From positions 20,088,001 through 20,152,000 of the forward strand of contig OZ024751.1 in the NCBI GenBank assembly GCA_964016885.1: a DNA stretch of 64,000 nucleotides, given 5' to 3'. Made by a program: the position numbers and the translations under genes. Position 1 is the stretch's first letter. The number at the start of each line of letters is the position of its first letter. Shown piece after piece: positions 1 to 16,029 of the stretch. The notes under the pieces are model-generated. The model was not told the origin of the DNA. It did not search any database and saw only the letters and a program-made list of their open reading frames with translations. The stretch comes from Eledone cirrhosa (Eukaryota).

Positions 1-188
1 AATTATACACATCTGTATGTATATATTTGTGTGCTTGTATGTATGTATGCGTGTGTGCGTGTGTGTGTTTACAAGCGATGTGTTTGCTCTCAGGAAGTTG
101 TGAGCTCTATATATGCGAAAATCAAACAGAAAATAACACAGCAAAACGACACAGTATAATAGGTTAACGTCTGATATAGCAGAAAAAG

Positions 189-228
189 TATCTAAACATT
201 TCGGGCGTTAGTCCTTCATCAGAAGATA
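189..228 (-). ncRNA. Minimal hammerhead ribozyme, family H1 (extra A after core)
   Basis: Minus strand reads TATCT-T-CTGATGA-A-GGAC-TAAC-GCCC-GAAA-TGTTT-AGATA. Stem I TATCT/AGATA; one stem II mismatch. Homologous to 9850 and 53937. Confidence 0.65.
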
Positions 229-359
229 GAATAAGAAATTTAAAAAAAAGAAATAGAAATGCAGAGGATGGCGAGAAGAGGAAGAAACGAAAAAAAATAA
301 CAAAAAACAATTACTACCAGCCTGGAATATGCTTGACCATGGCTGACCTAGGGTCACAA

Positions 360-467
360 AACAAAAATATTTTGCTCAAGAACGCAATGCACCATCCGAT
401 CTAGGAATCGAACCTGTGGCCTTATGGTCGTGAGTCCAACATGATAAACTCTAGGCCACGTGACTTC
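360..467 (-). mobile_element. tRNA-derived CORE-type SINE, decayed head
   Basis: Reverse complement has a tRNA-like B box (GGTTCGATTCC) followed by TGCGTTCTTGAGCAA, matching other copies in the window. Confidence 0.65.
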
Positions 468-761
468 CAACACACGCACAAAAAAAAACAAATAGATATC
501 TCAGTTAACTGAACGTAATGGTGCGATTTGAGGGAGACTTGATTGCTATTTTTAACAGGTAGAGCGACCTAATAGAGGATCTCTCGTTAACCTAACTTGC
601 AATTTTTCTGAAGGAAGTGGTTGGTGGGGTGTAGGATGTGAACAAATAAGAAAATTTGTGAAGTATTTCTCAACGTTGATTGAAAGATAACGGCTAAACC
701 GCCTGACATTGTTATCAAATAGTAGAGCGAGAAAATAACAGTGAGGGAGAGAGAAAGCGTG

Positions 762-769
<8 letters not shown>

Positions 770-839
<70 letters not shown>

Positions 840-923
840 GAGTGAAAGAGAGGAGGAGAAATACTGTGATAATAGAAAGAGACAAAGAAGGAGATAGAAA
901 CAGAGAAGGAGGAAGAGAGAGAC

Positions 924-997
<74 letters not shown>

Positions 998-1145
998 TAG
1001 AAAGAGAGAGAGAGAGAGATATTCAGAGAGACAGAGACGCAAAGAGACTGAGACGAAGAGATACAGAGAGATGAAGAGGAAACAGAGAAACAGAGATAGA
1101 GAGACAAAGAGAGTCACAGAGAAGGAAACAAAGAGAGAAAGAGGT
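770..1145. repeat. (GA)n microsatellite region
   Basis: Pure and degenerate AG dinucleotide runs. Confidence 0.95.
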
Positions 1146-1354
1146 GGAAACTAAGGGAGGGAACTTATACATTTAGCGATATGTCAGGCTCATCAGATAA
1201 ATCATATCGGTGAAAATTCTTTTCTAAACACGAAGACATCGGAAGTGGACTGATGAAAATGTAGAGCCTTGGTGAAGACGGTAAAACAGATGGATTATAG
1301 AGAAAAGTTGAATGGCTGACAAACTGGACATTTCCGCCGGAAACACACATTCAT

Positions 1355-1404
<50 letters not shown>

Positions 1405-1516
1405 AACCCCTTTTAGAATGGAAGCAGAAATTGTTTACTTAGACTTTTAATCTGTGCTAATAACACACACATACTCACAGACATATATATATATGCACAA
1501 GCACACATTCACTCAT

Positions 1517-1548
<32 letters not shown>

Positions 1549-1754
1549 TTATATATATATATATATATATACACATGCATATATATATATATATATACTG
1601 TGTGTGTATGTGTGTATATATATATATATATATACGATAGTACATATTAAGGAATGTACTAAATAGACATTCCAGCACATGAACTTAGTATAAGACAAAT
1701 AGATGGACAGAGATTGATGCACACACACACACACACACGCACGCACGCGCGCAC

Positions 1755-1852
<98 letters not shown>

Positions 1853-1984
1853 ACACACACACACAGGCAGAGAAAAACACAGGAGGAAAGAATGCTGAAA
1901 CATTATTGTCAATACTTGTGTTGTATTTAAACTAGGTTTAGGTCGGGTACTACCCCGAATTGTAAAGCATCTGTGAATTCTAAT

Positions 1985-2240
1985 AATGTTAATGATGTTG
2001 TTGGCGATGGTGGTGGTGGTGGTTGTGACAGCGGCGATGATCATGGTTATGGTGGGGCTGGCGGTGGTGGTACTGTTGCTTTTATTGTTGTTGATAGTGG
2101 TGGCGGTGGTGGTGGTGATGGATTTGGTTATGGTGGGGCTGGTGGTGGGGGTAGTGGCGCTTCTGTTGTTATTGATAGTGGCGGTGGTGGTGGTGGTTTT
2201 GGTTTTGGTGGTGGGGCGATGTTGTTTGTAGTGGTGTTGT
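1985..2240. repeat. Degenerate (GGT/GTT)n trinucleotide repeat
   Basis: GGT/GTT/GAT triplet array with an internal ~80 bp duplication. Confidence 0.9.
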
Positions 2241-2546
2241 TTGGACCCCCGGAGGTCAGTTCTGATCAAAGACATTCTAGCCAAGGACATTTGGTACTTG
2301 AGCAAAAAAAACAACAACATATATATATATAAAAAATAAAATGTCTGCCTTAAACTTAGTTTGACCCACTCTATACCTCTGGAGTGGAATTTGACGGGCT
2401 GTATGTATGTAGTCTGATGTTCACTTAAACCTGCTCTCTTTTGGGGTCATAGTAGTAAAATAGTGTTGCTTTTTCGAATACTTTTTTATCGTATGATATA
2501 TATAGCTCATTAGATTCTATTGAAGATGAGTAAATATATGAAGGGT

Positions 2547-2660
2547 GAAGGCCCGTGACATAGTGGTTAGGGTGTTCGGCTCATGATCTTATGATTGTCA
2601 GTTCGATTCCCAGTGGCGCGTTGTGCCCCTGAGCAAGACACTTTGTTTTACGTTGCTCCA
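2547..2660 (+). mobile_element. tRNA-derived CORE-type SINE
   Basis: TAGTGGTTAG A box, GTTCGATTCC B box, then TTGTGCCCCTGAGCAAGACACTT. Confidence 0.75.
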
Positions 2661-2843
2661 GTGGATTCTGATGGCAAAAATTGGTTATATCTGTATATAT
2701 GTATGTAAGATAATATAAAGGAGCCCCCTTAGAATATAGACCCCAAATATACAAGCGGAGCTGCTGATGTATACCACAATTTCAAACTGCTAGTCTTAAG
2801 TGATACGTTGATGTAAATAATGAACTTACAATCACATGTTATA

Positions 2844-2890
2844 TGCCTTGAAAAGTCCCACCATATGGTCGAACGAAACGGCTGTCGGCA
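2844..2890 (+). ncRNA. Variant hammerhead motif (TTGAAAA core) followed by AATAAA
   Basis: TGCC-TTGAAAA-GT..ACCATATGGT..AC-GAAAC-GGCT-GTC-GGCA. Stem I TGCC/GGCA, GUC site; AATAAA at 2890-2895. Confidence 0.55.
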
Positions 2891-2960
2891 ATAAACTTGT
2901 TATAATGTCATAATAGTTCCTTTGTTCTTTTTCATTAATATATGTATGTATGTATGTATG

Positions 2961-3771
2961 TTCTTCTGGTTTTATAATTTCACAAAGTTTTACCAATAGA
3001 GATAGAGTCGGTTTCTAACATAGACACAAGACTCTCTCATTGGAATTTACACAACATCAACTAGGTAGATATGTATGTATGCATGCATGTGTAGATATGG
3101 ATGTTATTGTATGAGTGGATGTGGATGTTTTGAGTTGTATGTGTGCATGTGTATATGCTTTGTATCTGTACATGTGTATATGCAGTTATTAGATGCAAAA
3201 TTTGTGGAATGTTTTATATATTTTTACTGTTCCATTAATGGATTGTACTTGTAGTTTCCTAACTAGTTGTGTTATTTCTGTTCCTGTGAAGCCTAGCTTC
3301 TCAAGATTTGTATTGAGGCAGTTACTAACATATCCCAGTGCCCCAACAATCACAGGCATAAATCTGAAGGTGTAATCAGGGTGGAGTATCTGCAAATTTC
3401 TCATCAGTTCTGCATAAATATTCACCTTTTCACTAATCTTTGATATTATATTGGCATCTGCTTGGCAGCTAATTTCCACTACTGTGGATGTTTTCTTCTC
3501 CCTGTCCCATATCATAATATCTGGTCTGTTATGCCTGCATTTTATTGGGGTTTTTACTGGAACATTCCACCAGTACTCTTTCATATTATGTACATGGATG
3601 TCTTCCACATTGTTGTAGCTTTTAATGTGTTTATTATCGGGGCTATCTTTTTTACTAACTGCATTGTACAGTTTTTTGGCCACTATATCATGCCTCATAG
3701 GTAGATAGTACCGCGATGACATCTTTGGACAGCTGCTGATGACATGGGTGATATCCTCGATGTTAGTTCTA
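2961..3771 (-). mobile_element. 5'-truncated non-LTR retrotransposon with restriction-like endonuclease (R4/Dong-like)
   Basis: ORF C-terminus plus ~230 bp 3' UTR ending in a (CATA)n tail. The 5' truncation abuts (TA)n. Confidence 0.8.
3189..3770 (-). pseudogene. C-terminal zinc knuckle plus RLE domain of a non-LTR retrotransposon ORF
   Basis: In-frame [10 protein letters not shown] (HxxxxC half of the CCHC knuckle), RHD motif, WWN..V, NRPDI, VVEISC, K...Y: the PD-(D/E)xK RLE signature. Confidence 0.85.
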
Positions 3772-3820
3772 AATATATATATATATATATATATCCATTA
3801 TATATATATATATATATATA

Positions 3821-3909
<89 letters not shown>

Positions 3910-3933
3910 ATAGATACATACCCACATATGTAC

Positions 3934-4120
3934 GGCATACGTCAAGACGGGCGGTCTCAAAAGTGAAACTAATTTTTGACAGTTACGATTGTGAATTTGT
4001 TTGTTTTTTTACAACAGGTCTCAATAGTGAAAGTATAATGCAGACACACGCAATTGTATGGATTTCTTAATATATATATATGTGTGGGTGTGTATATGTG
4101 TGTATATATATGTGTGTGTG

Positions 4121-4199
<79 letters not shown>

Positions 4200-4785
4200 T
4201 TGTATATATATATGTGTTTGTGTCATCATCGTTTAACGTCTATCTTCCACGCAAGCATGGGTTTAGACGTATATATATGCTTGTGTGTATATATGTGTTT
4301 GTGTGTATATATATATGTGTTTGTGTGTACATATATGTGTCTGTATATATATATATATGTATGTATATATATATATTTATGCACACATGCACATTTGTAT
4401 GAATTTGGCGGCAGAGAGTTGGTGCCAACAAGTTTGGCGAGATGATCAACTGTATTTCAGCTATTTATAGGGTGTAATAAGGATTTTCATAAGGTACGTA
4501 AATTTATATTTTATATGCAACAAACGTATAACTATGTAGTTATTTTTTAAAAATTTATTTCTTTCAACACACAATGTCGTTATTTAAAAAAAAATTTCCG
4601 TACACACAATACACAAAAAAAGAAAGAAAAAATCACGTACACGCAATACTAATTAACACCATATCATTATAGAGACCTGTTGTAAAAAAAAAACAAACAA
4701 ATTCACAATCCAAATTGAAAGTAATCACTTACGTAACTGTCAAAAATTAGTTTCACTTTTGAGACCGCCCGTCTTGACGTATGCC
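3934..4785. mobile_element. MITE-like element with ~90-110 bp inverted termini and a microsatellite-filled interior
   Basis: GGCATACGTCAAGACGGGCGGTCTCAAAAGTGAAACTAATTTTTGACAGTTACG at 3934 is mirrored at ~4730-4785; similarity extends to 4022/4672. Confidence 0.7.
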
Positions 4786-5102
4786 CATATGTACATACAT
4801 ACGTATACACACACACATTCAAACATACACGTATCCACACACACATACACAATCATACATATATACATACACACATACATATATACATACGCACATACAC
4901 ACATACATACATACATACATACATACATACATACATACATACATACATACATACAATCAAACACACATATATACACCAGGGACGAAGGGTGCGTGCATGC
5001 AACGCATGCAGTGCATACGTTATAGAATCTTGGGTTGATCAATTGCGTCGTTTGAAGCAAGCAGAGTTTTGGCTGCTTACTAAATCGTAGACACATAAAA
5101 AT

Positions 5103-5174
<72 letters not shown>

Positions 5175-5929
5175 ATAACACTACATACGGCTTTGATTGA
5201 CTGGGAGGGTCATTTAGAGGGAATATAGGGGGGGGGGCTGCACGGCCCCACTTTTCACCATGGCGATTGGACTGAAGGCCCTGCTTTCCAGGTTACCCTT
5301 CGCCACTGATATACACATATGTGTGTGTATATATTCGGTTGTTGTTTTACCATAGATTTATCGTCTGCACTAGATGTGATGACATACAGGTTAAAAGAGT
5401 CCATACAGAAAATTCAATTTATATAATCAGCAGGATATTTGATTTACAATAGCATACACATATACACAACTATATATAGATATACATATATACATATACA
5501 TATATACATATACACAGCTACATATATAGGTATACATGTATACATATATAGGTATACATGTATACACAGCTATATATATAGATATACATATATACATATA
5601 CACATATACACAGGTACAGATATAGATATACATATATACATATACACAGCTATATATATATATATACATATACACATATACACATATAGATATACATATT
5701 TACATATACACAGCTACACATATAGATACACATATATACATGTACACATATACAGACCCACACATATAGATATACATATATACATATACACATATACACA
5801 TACACATATACACCAACACGTCTGTAGATTCACATATATGGAACCTCACACATATACACACACATACACAAACATTCACACTAGTACGACGTCACATTCA
5901 CATATCCATACAAATACGTTCACACATTC

Positions 5930-6026
<97 letters not shown>

Positions 6027-6027
6027 A

Positions 6028-6094
<67 letters not shown>

Positions 6095-6098
<4 letters not shown>

Positions 6099-6172
6099 AA
6101 CGAGTAGGACCCCGACGGCTGAGCTCAAGCCGTTTCGACGGCTAATTCTGGACTAAGGGTCTTGAACATTTT

Positions 6173-6176
<4 letters not shown>
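6095..6176. mobile_element. (TA)n-embedded fold-back element, GGC half-hammerhead family (short copy)
   Basis: GGAACGAGTAGGACCCCGACGGCTGAGCTCAAGCCGTTTCGACGG, flanked by TA arrays. Confidence 0.75.
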
Positions 6177-6216
<40 letters not shown>

Positions 6217-6752
6217 ATATATACACATATATATAGACACCAATATATACACACACCAATATATCTACATATACACACATCACCAACACATACACACCAT
6301 TACGTCCAGATACACACATATACACATCAATACGTCCACACACACACGCACACATATACACATCAACACATCCACACATACACACATATATACATATCAA
6401 TACGTTCACACACACACACACGCACACACATAGACGCATCAATACGTCCACACATACACAAATATATACATATCAATACGTCCACACACACACATCAATA
6501 CGTCCACACATACACACACACACACACACATACACACCCACACACACAGATATGCACCCCCACACACACTGATATGCACGCACACACACACATACATGCA
6601 CCCTACACATTCACATCTAATCGCCCACACATTCAGACAAATACATCCACACATACAGACAAATGCCTTCACACATACACACAAGTACACCTACACATAC
6701 ACACAAATCATTGTTTTGTTTTTTGTTTTCCCCTTTTTCTCACGTATGCACC

Positions 6753-6801
<49 letters not shown>

Positions 6802-6826
6802 TACACACACATATATATATACATAC

Positions 6827-6861
<35 letters not shown>

Positions 6862-6961
6862 TTCACATATATATGCATATATATATCTCCACATATATAC
6901 ACACATATATACATATATATACATATATACACATATATACATATACACATATATATATATG

Positions 6962-7046
<85 letters not shown>

Positions 7047-7222
7047 GCGTATATGCACTCGGTGTGGTTTTCTCGTTGATTTTTTCACGTACAAATTTTG
7101 CATTGATAAAGCACGTATATACACACATACGCATGCGTATATGCCGTCGGTCATTGTTTTATCAAGTAAAATCGTATATAAATAAAATATGTATGTATAT
7201 GTACGTGTATATACATCCATAT

Positions 7223-7332
<110 letters not shown>

Positions 7333-7337
7333 GTATT

Positions 7338-7389
<52 letters not shown>

Positions 7390-7580
7390 TATATACATAT
7401 ATATATATACATATATATATACATATATATATATATATACATATATATACATATATATACATACATATATATATATACATACATATATATATATATATAT
7501 ACATATATATATACATATATATATATACATATATATATATACATATATATATACATATATATACATATATATATATATAC

Positions 7581-7633
<53 letters not shown>

Positions 7634-7648
7634 AATACATATATATAC

Positions 7649-7703
<55 letters not shown>

Positions 7704-8389
7704 TATACACACACTTGAGTATGTATTAACTTGTTGTTTTTTCGAATAGAAATGGTACACAGATAAAAATACAATATACATACATTAATATGCATGGGTA
7801 TACGCATTCGGTGTGATGTAAATGATATCCATTTTGTTTTTGCTTGTTAGTTTATTTATTAGTTTGCACATATAATCATATAAAGACTAACACGTTTCTA
7901 TGTTTATACATACAGCAAAAGATCGGCTCCTGTATGTTATGACTTCAGAGCAAATTTAATTTTCAATGTCGCCGCACTTAAAAACACTATTTACTTTCCA
8001 TACATAAAGTTCTGCATCACGAAACTGAACACATCAAACAGTGGGTGTTCTTGTGTGCTCTTGTGTATTGTTGTTGTTGTTGTTGTTATTATTGCTGTTA
8101 TTGCTATTATTTCATCCCATTGCTATATATGTATATATGTATATATGTATATATGTATATAGATTCCATAAACTGGTGGTTTTTTCCCCTATTTTATTGA
8201 TAGCGCACAGTATATCTCTCTCTCTCTCTAGTGTGTTACCTTTTCAACATATTGTATTTTAAAGAGCTCAGGATTTCTTCTCCTTTGAGCACATTATTTA
8301 CAGGGAATAGCGAGGGCCTAACCCTCCGTTAATTTATCGTGATATATATATATATATATACACATATGTATATACACATATATACACAA

Positions 8390-8460
<71 letters not shown>

Positions 8461-8790
8461 CATGTATATATATTATAATTCGTACATATTTTTTTACTTT
8501 TGTGTGAAAATGTCATTTGGTAAGCTGATAAAAGGCATATTTTTCCTCGCGTTTTTTTTATTTTTTGGATTTTAACGTTTGATAGGAACAATGGGCGTAG
8601 CTTTCGAATTAACTCTAGCCTCACCTTACACAACACATCCACCCACGATACTTGTAGATGATCAAAATTGATCAAAGTTGACATCTGCATAAAATACTGG
8701 ATAATTATATATACATATATATACATATATATCCAGCATTTTATATATAGCATTTTAAGAGGGTCCGTCGAGCTGCCGATTATTGAGTCG

Positions 8791-8850
8791 GGTAGGTTCG
8801 ATACAGATCGAACCTTGAGCTGATCAGTGGCGAAACGCGCGTCACCTATC
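8791..8850 (+). ncRNA. Degenerate hammerhead (3' half intact, 5' core altered) followed by AATAAA
   Basis: GGTAGGT...GAAAC-GCGC-GTC-ACCTATC. Stem I 7 bp; core reads TCGATAC; AATAAA at 8851. Confidence 0.45.
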
Positions 8851-8894
8851 AATAAATGCAATGAAGGAGTAATCAATCGTCCTTGTTATCCTTT

Positions 8895-8950
<56 letters not shown>

Positions 8951-8954
<4 letters not shown>

Positions 8955-9096
8955 TAAAATTTCAGATTAAAGTTTAAGCAAAGAATCGCTGCTTTCACCC
9001 TTAACGGGATCTTCTGAAATTAACCATATATTTGATATTTATTTATCCTTATCGAGCCCTCTTTTGATTTTAGTCTCCAAATTTATTATTATTACT
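8951..9096 (-). mobile_element. (TA)n-embedded element with a CAGAAGA hammerhead-like hairpin
   Basis: Inverted homolog of 44977-45137; an internally deleted copy is at 51495-51545. Confidence 0.7.
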
Positions 9097-9188
9097 ATAT
9101 ATATATATATGTGTGCCTGTTGGTCATCGATCTGTCCAGTTTGTTTGTCTACCAGGATATCAGGAAAACATTTATACATTTTTCTATA

Positions 9189-9268
9189 TATTTTGTCTGA
9201 GGAGAACATGCTTTGCTTTATGTTATACATAAAACTTTGCACCTTCGAAATATATATATAATGAAATA
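9189..9268 (+). ncRNA. Hammerhead ribozyme (C.C stem II class)
   Basis: TATTTTGT-CTGAGGA-GAA-C...TTTATGT/ACATAAA...C-TTC-GAAA-TATATATA-TA-ATGAAATA. Stem I 8 bp with two GU pairs. Confidence 0.7.
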
Positions 9269-9306
9269 AATAGAGATGATATAAAATATATGTCTTTCGT
9301 TTATTA

Positions 9307-9439
<133 letters not shown>

Positions 9440-9656
9440 TGTGTGGAAAACGTAAACAAAGCAATGAAGTAACGAAGCAAACAACACAGAACAATGAAGA
9501 AATATATTAGTTTAACGCTTGATATAGTGGGAGATAGTTTTTACGTTTCAGAAGATAGAATGAGAAATAGAATAGAAAGATAGAGTGTGAGAAGAGAAAG
9601 GAACGAAAAACACTTTTATTTAGAAAAAGAACATGTGTATACAGTCAGCCATTTTG

Positions 9657-9707
<51 letters not shown>

Positions 9708-9849
9708 ATAGAGAAATTAATGTAAGCAAGAAGCCGATATATATATATATGTGTGTGTGTATGTAAAAGGTAAATAGAAATAACAACACGATCGGTACAG
9801 TATATGGAAGGGATATATTAGGTTAACTCTTGAAATAGCAGGAAGAAGG

Positions 9850-9885
9850 TCTTAACGTTTCGGACGCTAGTCCTTCATCAGAAGA
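9850..9885 (-). ncRNA. Minimal hammerhead ribozyme, family H1
   Basis: TCTT-CTGATGA-A-GGAC-TAGC-GTCC-GAAA-CGTT-AAGA, with palindromic AACGTT stem III. Confidence 0.75.
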
Positions 9886-10349
9886 AAGAAGAAAGAATGA
9901 GAAACAAGATAGATTAAGGGGACGGGCGGGTTGGAATTGGAAAAAATCATCTTATCAAAAGTGTATATTGAGTTAGAAACTCAAAGATGTCCCTTATAAT
10001 TAAAATAGCTCAAGGAAAAAAAATTTCTTGGCCGTGTAATATAATTCAATCTAATAAAGAGAGATAAACACAGATATATACATATCTGTGTTCAAATAAT
10101 AAGGGACCATATTCGCCAGGCTGAATATGATACTCACTATGAACAATACGGTTTGCCAGACTCAATTAAAAAAATAAATTAAGAAAAAGTATAAACCGAT
10201 TTGTGACAACAATCAAATACACATCCATACAGCATTTGGTAAAACTGTTTCGCATCAAGTGAAGGGAATTACCGATTTTATTGCTCGCCAGCGAATCTCG
10301 TCTATTATGATTTGAACACATATATGTATATATCTGTGTTTATCTCTCT

Positions 10350-10384
<35 letters not shown>

Positions 10385-10388
<4 letters not shown>

Positions 10389-10606
10389 AAGGATCGATCG
10401 ACTTTCGTCAAATCGGACCGAGGGAACAATGTTTCCATTGGTCTTTCCAGTTGCTAATACTATTTATCGGTCGCAACTCCAGGTAGAAGGAGCAACGTGA
10501 AATAAAGTGTCTTGCTCAAGGACATAACGCATCGCCTGGTCCAGGAATTGAACTCACAACCTCAAGACTGTGAATCCAATTATCTAACCACTCAGCCACA
10601 CGCCTT
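10385..10606 (-). mobile_element. tRNA-derived CORE-type SINE
   Basis: Homolog of 29511-29715 and 53459-53645. Confidence 0.85.
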
Positions 10607-10981
10607 ATATATATATACAAAATTTAGCACAGCATTTAGTACAGCTCTGGTTGTAGCCAAGCTAACGAATGCAATCTCGGTGTGCAGCTAAGCACTCAAT
10701 AGGGTATATTACCCTAGAGTTATAACATTACGTTTAGACAGCTTTGCAAATTGAAGACAGCGATCGATAGACGGGCCGCAGTGACCATAGCGACGAAAAA
10801 AACTGAACTCAGGATAAAATTGTTGACATCATACACAACACATGATATATACCATATAATATACATCACATATAATATATAATATTTCCGCTAGGTTTCT
10901 GTAAATCCGAAATCGACAAATCCAGGGTTCTGATACCATCAACACTATAAACACAGAGCTGGCATATCTAAGAACTGACTA

Positions 10982-11037
10982 ACTGCCTGATGAGGTCATA
11001 GCCATTCAATGGCTATCATCGAAATGTATATAGCAGT
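10982..11037 (+). ncRNA. Hammerhead ribozyme, family H2 (C.C class), followed by AATAAA
   Basis: ACTGC-CTGATGA-GGT-C-ATAGCCAT-TCA-ATGGCTAT-C-ATC-GAAA-TGTATA-TA-GCAGT; AATAAA at 11039. Confidence 0.85.
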
Positions 11038-11078
11038 AAATAAAGTATTATGAGTTCATGCAATTGACTTATGTTTCG

Positions 11079-11128
<50 letters not shown>

Positions 11129-11274
11129 CGATATGTGTGTGTGTTAGTGTATAAAGGTTACTAATTTAGGTACAAGGCCAACAAGTTTGGGGAGAGTCGA
11201 TTATATCGATAAGCACAGACCTGATGAGCCTCTGGGCTTGAGAAAAATACATTGAACGTAAATGGTTTTGTTAA

Positions 11275-11460
11275 TAATTGTTTCTACTTTAGGCACAAGG
11301 TCAGCAATTACCCAGTGCATTACTGGTACTTTATTTTATCGATCCCGTAAGGATGAAAGGCAAAGTCAACCTCGGCGGGATTTGAACTCAGATCGTAAAG
11401 GGACGTAACTATGCTGGAAAGCATGGCGTCCGACCCTCTACCGATACTGCCAATCCACAA
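11275..11460 (-). mobile_element. tRNA-derived SINE with a Nin/Deu-like central domain
   Basis: Reverse complement has GAGTTCAAATCCCGCCGAGGTTGACTTTGCCTTTCATCCTTACGGG..GATAAAATAAAGTACCAG. Confidence 0.85.
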
Positions 11461-12026
11461 TGTTAGATGAGAGTGGGGTGGAAAAATCAATTGAATGAGT
11501 AAGATGCAGGCCATTAATTTGTATTTAGATGATTGATCTCAGAAATGATGAACGTAAAGCAAAGAGCAGCGAGAGACTGGAAAGTTCCATCTTTGATTAT
11601 AATCGGCCATAGTTTTGTCTTTCTGAGGCACAAGCTTTAGCAGAAATGGGCATTGTGGAGGACCAGTAGTCCCCCATGTATGTAAATCTTCTCTCGGGAC
11701 ATAGTTAAAATTTGAATTCGGAAAGTGTTATGGCTACAATGATGTGATCAAATGCCTGCGTAAGAAGCGGGCCAATCATCTATAATTATTTGATCGAACT
11801 TAGTGAATTGATGAACAAAAAGCAAAGATCAACAGCGCGTTAATCGAGACTTGAACTCAGAAAATGATAGGCTGTAATGAGGTAAATCTTTTAATTAAGA
11901 AAGCTAACGAATATCCAACTTGTGTCTTCTCCATCCTGCTGGCCGGGACCAGAAGGTGGACTGTCCCTTAAGTTTAATTTATGGTGGCTGTGTGTGGATG
12001 TGATTTACTATACATACATGAACATA

Positions 12027-12819
<793 letters not shown>

Positions 12820-13095
12820 ACATACATATACTTTAGCTAAGTGACTTCGTTCCTGCTCTGACAAGCAGCATAGCTCAGCAGTTTATAATTGACAATAGTA
12901 TGACATATCATGATAACATGGCTAATTTTATGCTGTAATACAATTATGTTTGCAGCCGTCACAACAGCAGCAGCAACAGAGAGCTGGCTTCTCCATAGAA
13001 TGTCAATATCTCCCTTACACACACACACACACACACATGTATATATATCATATACACACACACACACGGGCATCTCTCTCTCTCTCTCTCTCTCT

Positions 13096-13141
<46 letters not shown>

Positions 13142-13277
13142 TCACACACACACATATCTCTCGCTCTCTATATATATGTGCATATATTTATATATATATA
13201 CACACATATATATGTGCATATATATATATATATACATATATATATACACATTATATATATATATACACTATATATAC

Positions 13278-13320
<43 letters not shown>

Positions 13321-13360
13321 TATATATACATTATATCTATATATATATATATATATATTT

Positions 13361-13661
<301 letters not shown>

Positions 13662-13692
13662 TGCACATATATCTAGATATACATATATGCAC

Positions 13693-13741
<49 letters not shown>

Positions 13742-13873
13742 TATGAAGAGAGAAGAAACATTTAGATATAATTAGTAATAAAATGTATCATACCTAAACC
13801 GCTCCTAAATTCCTCGACTACGTAGTTTCGTGGCATAAACAAAAACAATATATCATAAAGATATAGAGTCCCT

Positions 13874-13945
<72 letters not shown>

Positions 13946-13954
13946 TACATATAT

Positions 13955-14039
<85 letters not shown>

Positions 14040-14244
14040 ACGACAGAGCAGAGTGTTGTTGTCAGTGAAAGTGTTAAGAAGTAAGGTCAGCCTTCATTTT
14101 GTATTCCTTCAATGTAAAGCAATAAAATGAAGATGTTCGGTTACAGCAATGAAGACATTCAATGTAGACATCGTGTTAGAGGGAGTGCAGAGGCCAGATC
14201 TAGATATAACATACACACTGGGTTACACACTTAAACCACATATA

Positions 14245-15215
14245 CACACACACGCTGACACACGCTGACACATATACACACACACACGCTGACACATATA
14301 CATATATACACACACACGCTGACACAAATACATATACACACATACATATATACACACACACGCTGACACAAATACATATACACACATACATATATACACA
14401 CACGCTGACACATATACATATATACACACACACGCTGACACAAATACATATACACACATACACATATATACACACACGCTGACACATATACATATATACA
14501 CACACACGCTGACACAAATACATATACACACATACACATATATACACACACGCTGACACATATACATATATACACACACACGCTGACACAAATACATATA
14601 CACACATAGATATATACACACACGCTGACACATATACATATATACACACACACGCTGACACAAATACATATACACACATACACATATATACACACACGCT
14701 GACACATATACATATATACACACACACGCTGACACAAATACATATACACACATACATATATACACACACGCTGACACATATACATATATACACACACACG
14801 CTGACACAAATACATATACACACATACACATATATACACACACGCTGACACATATACATATATACACACACACGCTGACACAAATACATATACACACATA
14901 CATATATACACACACGCTGACACATATACATATATACACACACACGCTGACACAAATACATATACACACATACATATATACACACACACGCTGACACATA
15001 TACATATATACACACACACGCTGACACAAATACATATACACACACACACATACGCTGACACATATACACACACACGCTGACACAAATACATATACACACA
15101 CACACACGCTGTGACACATATACATATATACACACACACACGCTGACACATGCATATACACACACACACGCGCTGACAGACACATATACATATACATATA
15201 CATATACACACACAC

Positions 15216-15248
<33 letters not shown>

Positions 15249-15255
15249 CACACAC

Positions 15256-15288
<33 letters not shown>

Positions 15289-15530
15289 CACACACACGCT
15301 GACACATATACATATATACACACACACACGCTGACACATATACATATATACACACACACACGCTGACACATATACATATATACACACACACGCGCTGACA
15401 CATATACATATATACACACACACTGACACATACATATATACACACACACGCTGACACATACATATATACACACACACACGCTGACACATATACATATATA
15501 CACACACACACTGACACATATACATATATA
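14245..15530. repeat. Minisatellite built on CACACGCTGACACA(T/A)ATACATATA units
   Basis: About 45 GCTGACAC-anchored units with alternating two-unit higher-order structure. Confidence 0.95.
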
Positions 15531-16029
15531 CACATACACACAAACATGCATTCCATTATATACACACATAAGACACACACACACACAGACACACACACGT
15601 TGACATGCACCCATACTGAAGCACGCGCACTCACATAGACAAACACGTGCTCTCATATTCACACAGACACATACACACACACTTACACAAACACGTACGC
15701 TCATATTCACACACATACACAAACACACAAACACACACACACACGTCTACGCAAACACGCGTGTGTAGACCAAACGAAGTAACGATATTGTTATATATAT
15801 TTTTCACAAGTTAGAACTATTGGCAGGAAGAAACAACTTTCTTGATTAGAATTTTCTAGAAACAAATATGGCGGGGTGTGTGCGTGTTTATATATGGAGG
15901 AGGGTAGCCGGTCTCTCGGACTTTTTTTATTATGACTAAGTAATGAGTCTTGTTATTCGAGAATGTCACCTGTGTACTCACAGGATCAGACATGGTCATC
16001 TTAGCTACACTAAAGTATATCATTCTGTT

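Noticed and set aside
1160-1205. Minus-strand CTGATGA-GC..GC-TAAA
   Set aside because: GAAA is mutated and stem I is unconvincing; at most a decayed copy.
10235-10295. Minus-strand CTGGCGA-GCA..TGC-GAAA
   Set aside because: Altered core and no stem I pairing.
11220-11250. CTGATGA-GCC-TCTG-GGC as a hammerhead
   Set aside because: No GAAA directly after the stem and no stem I.
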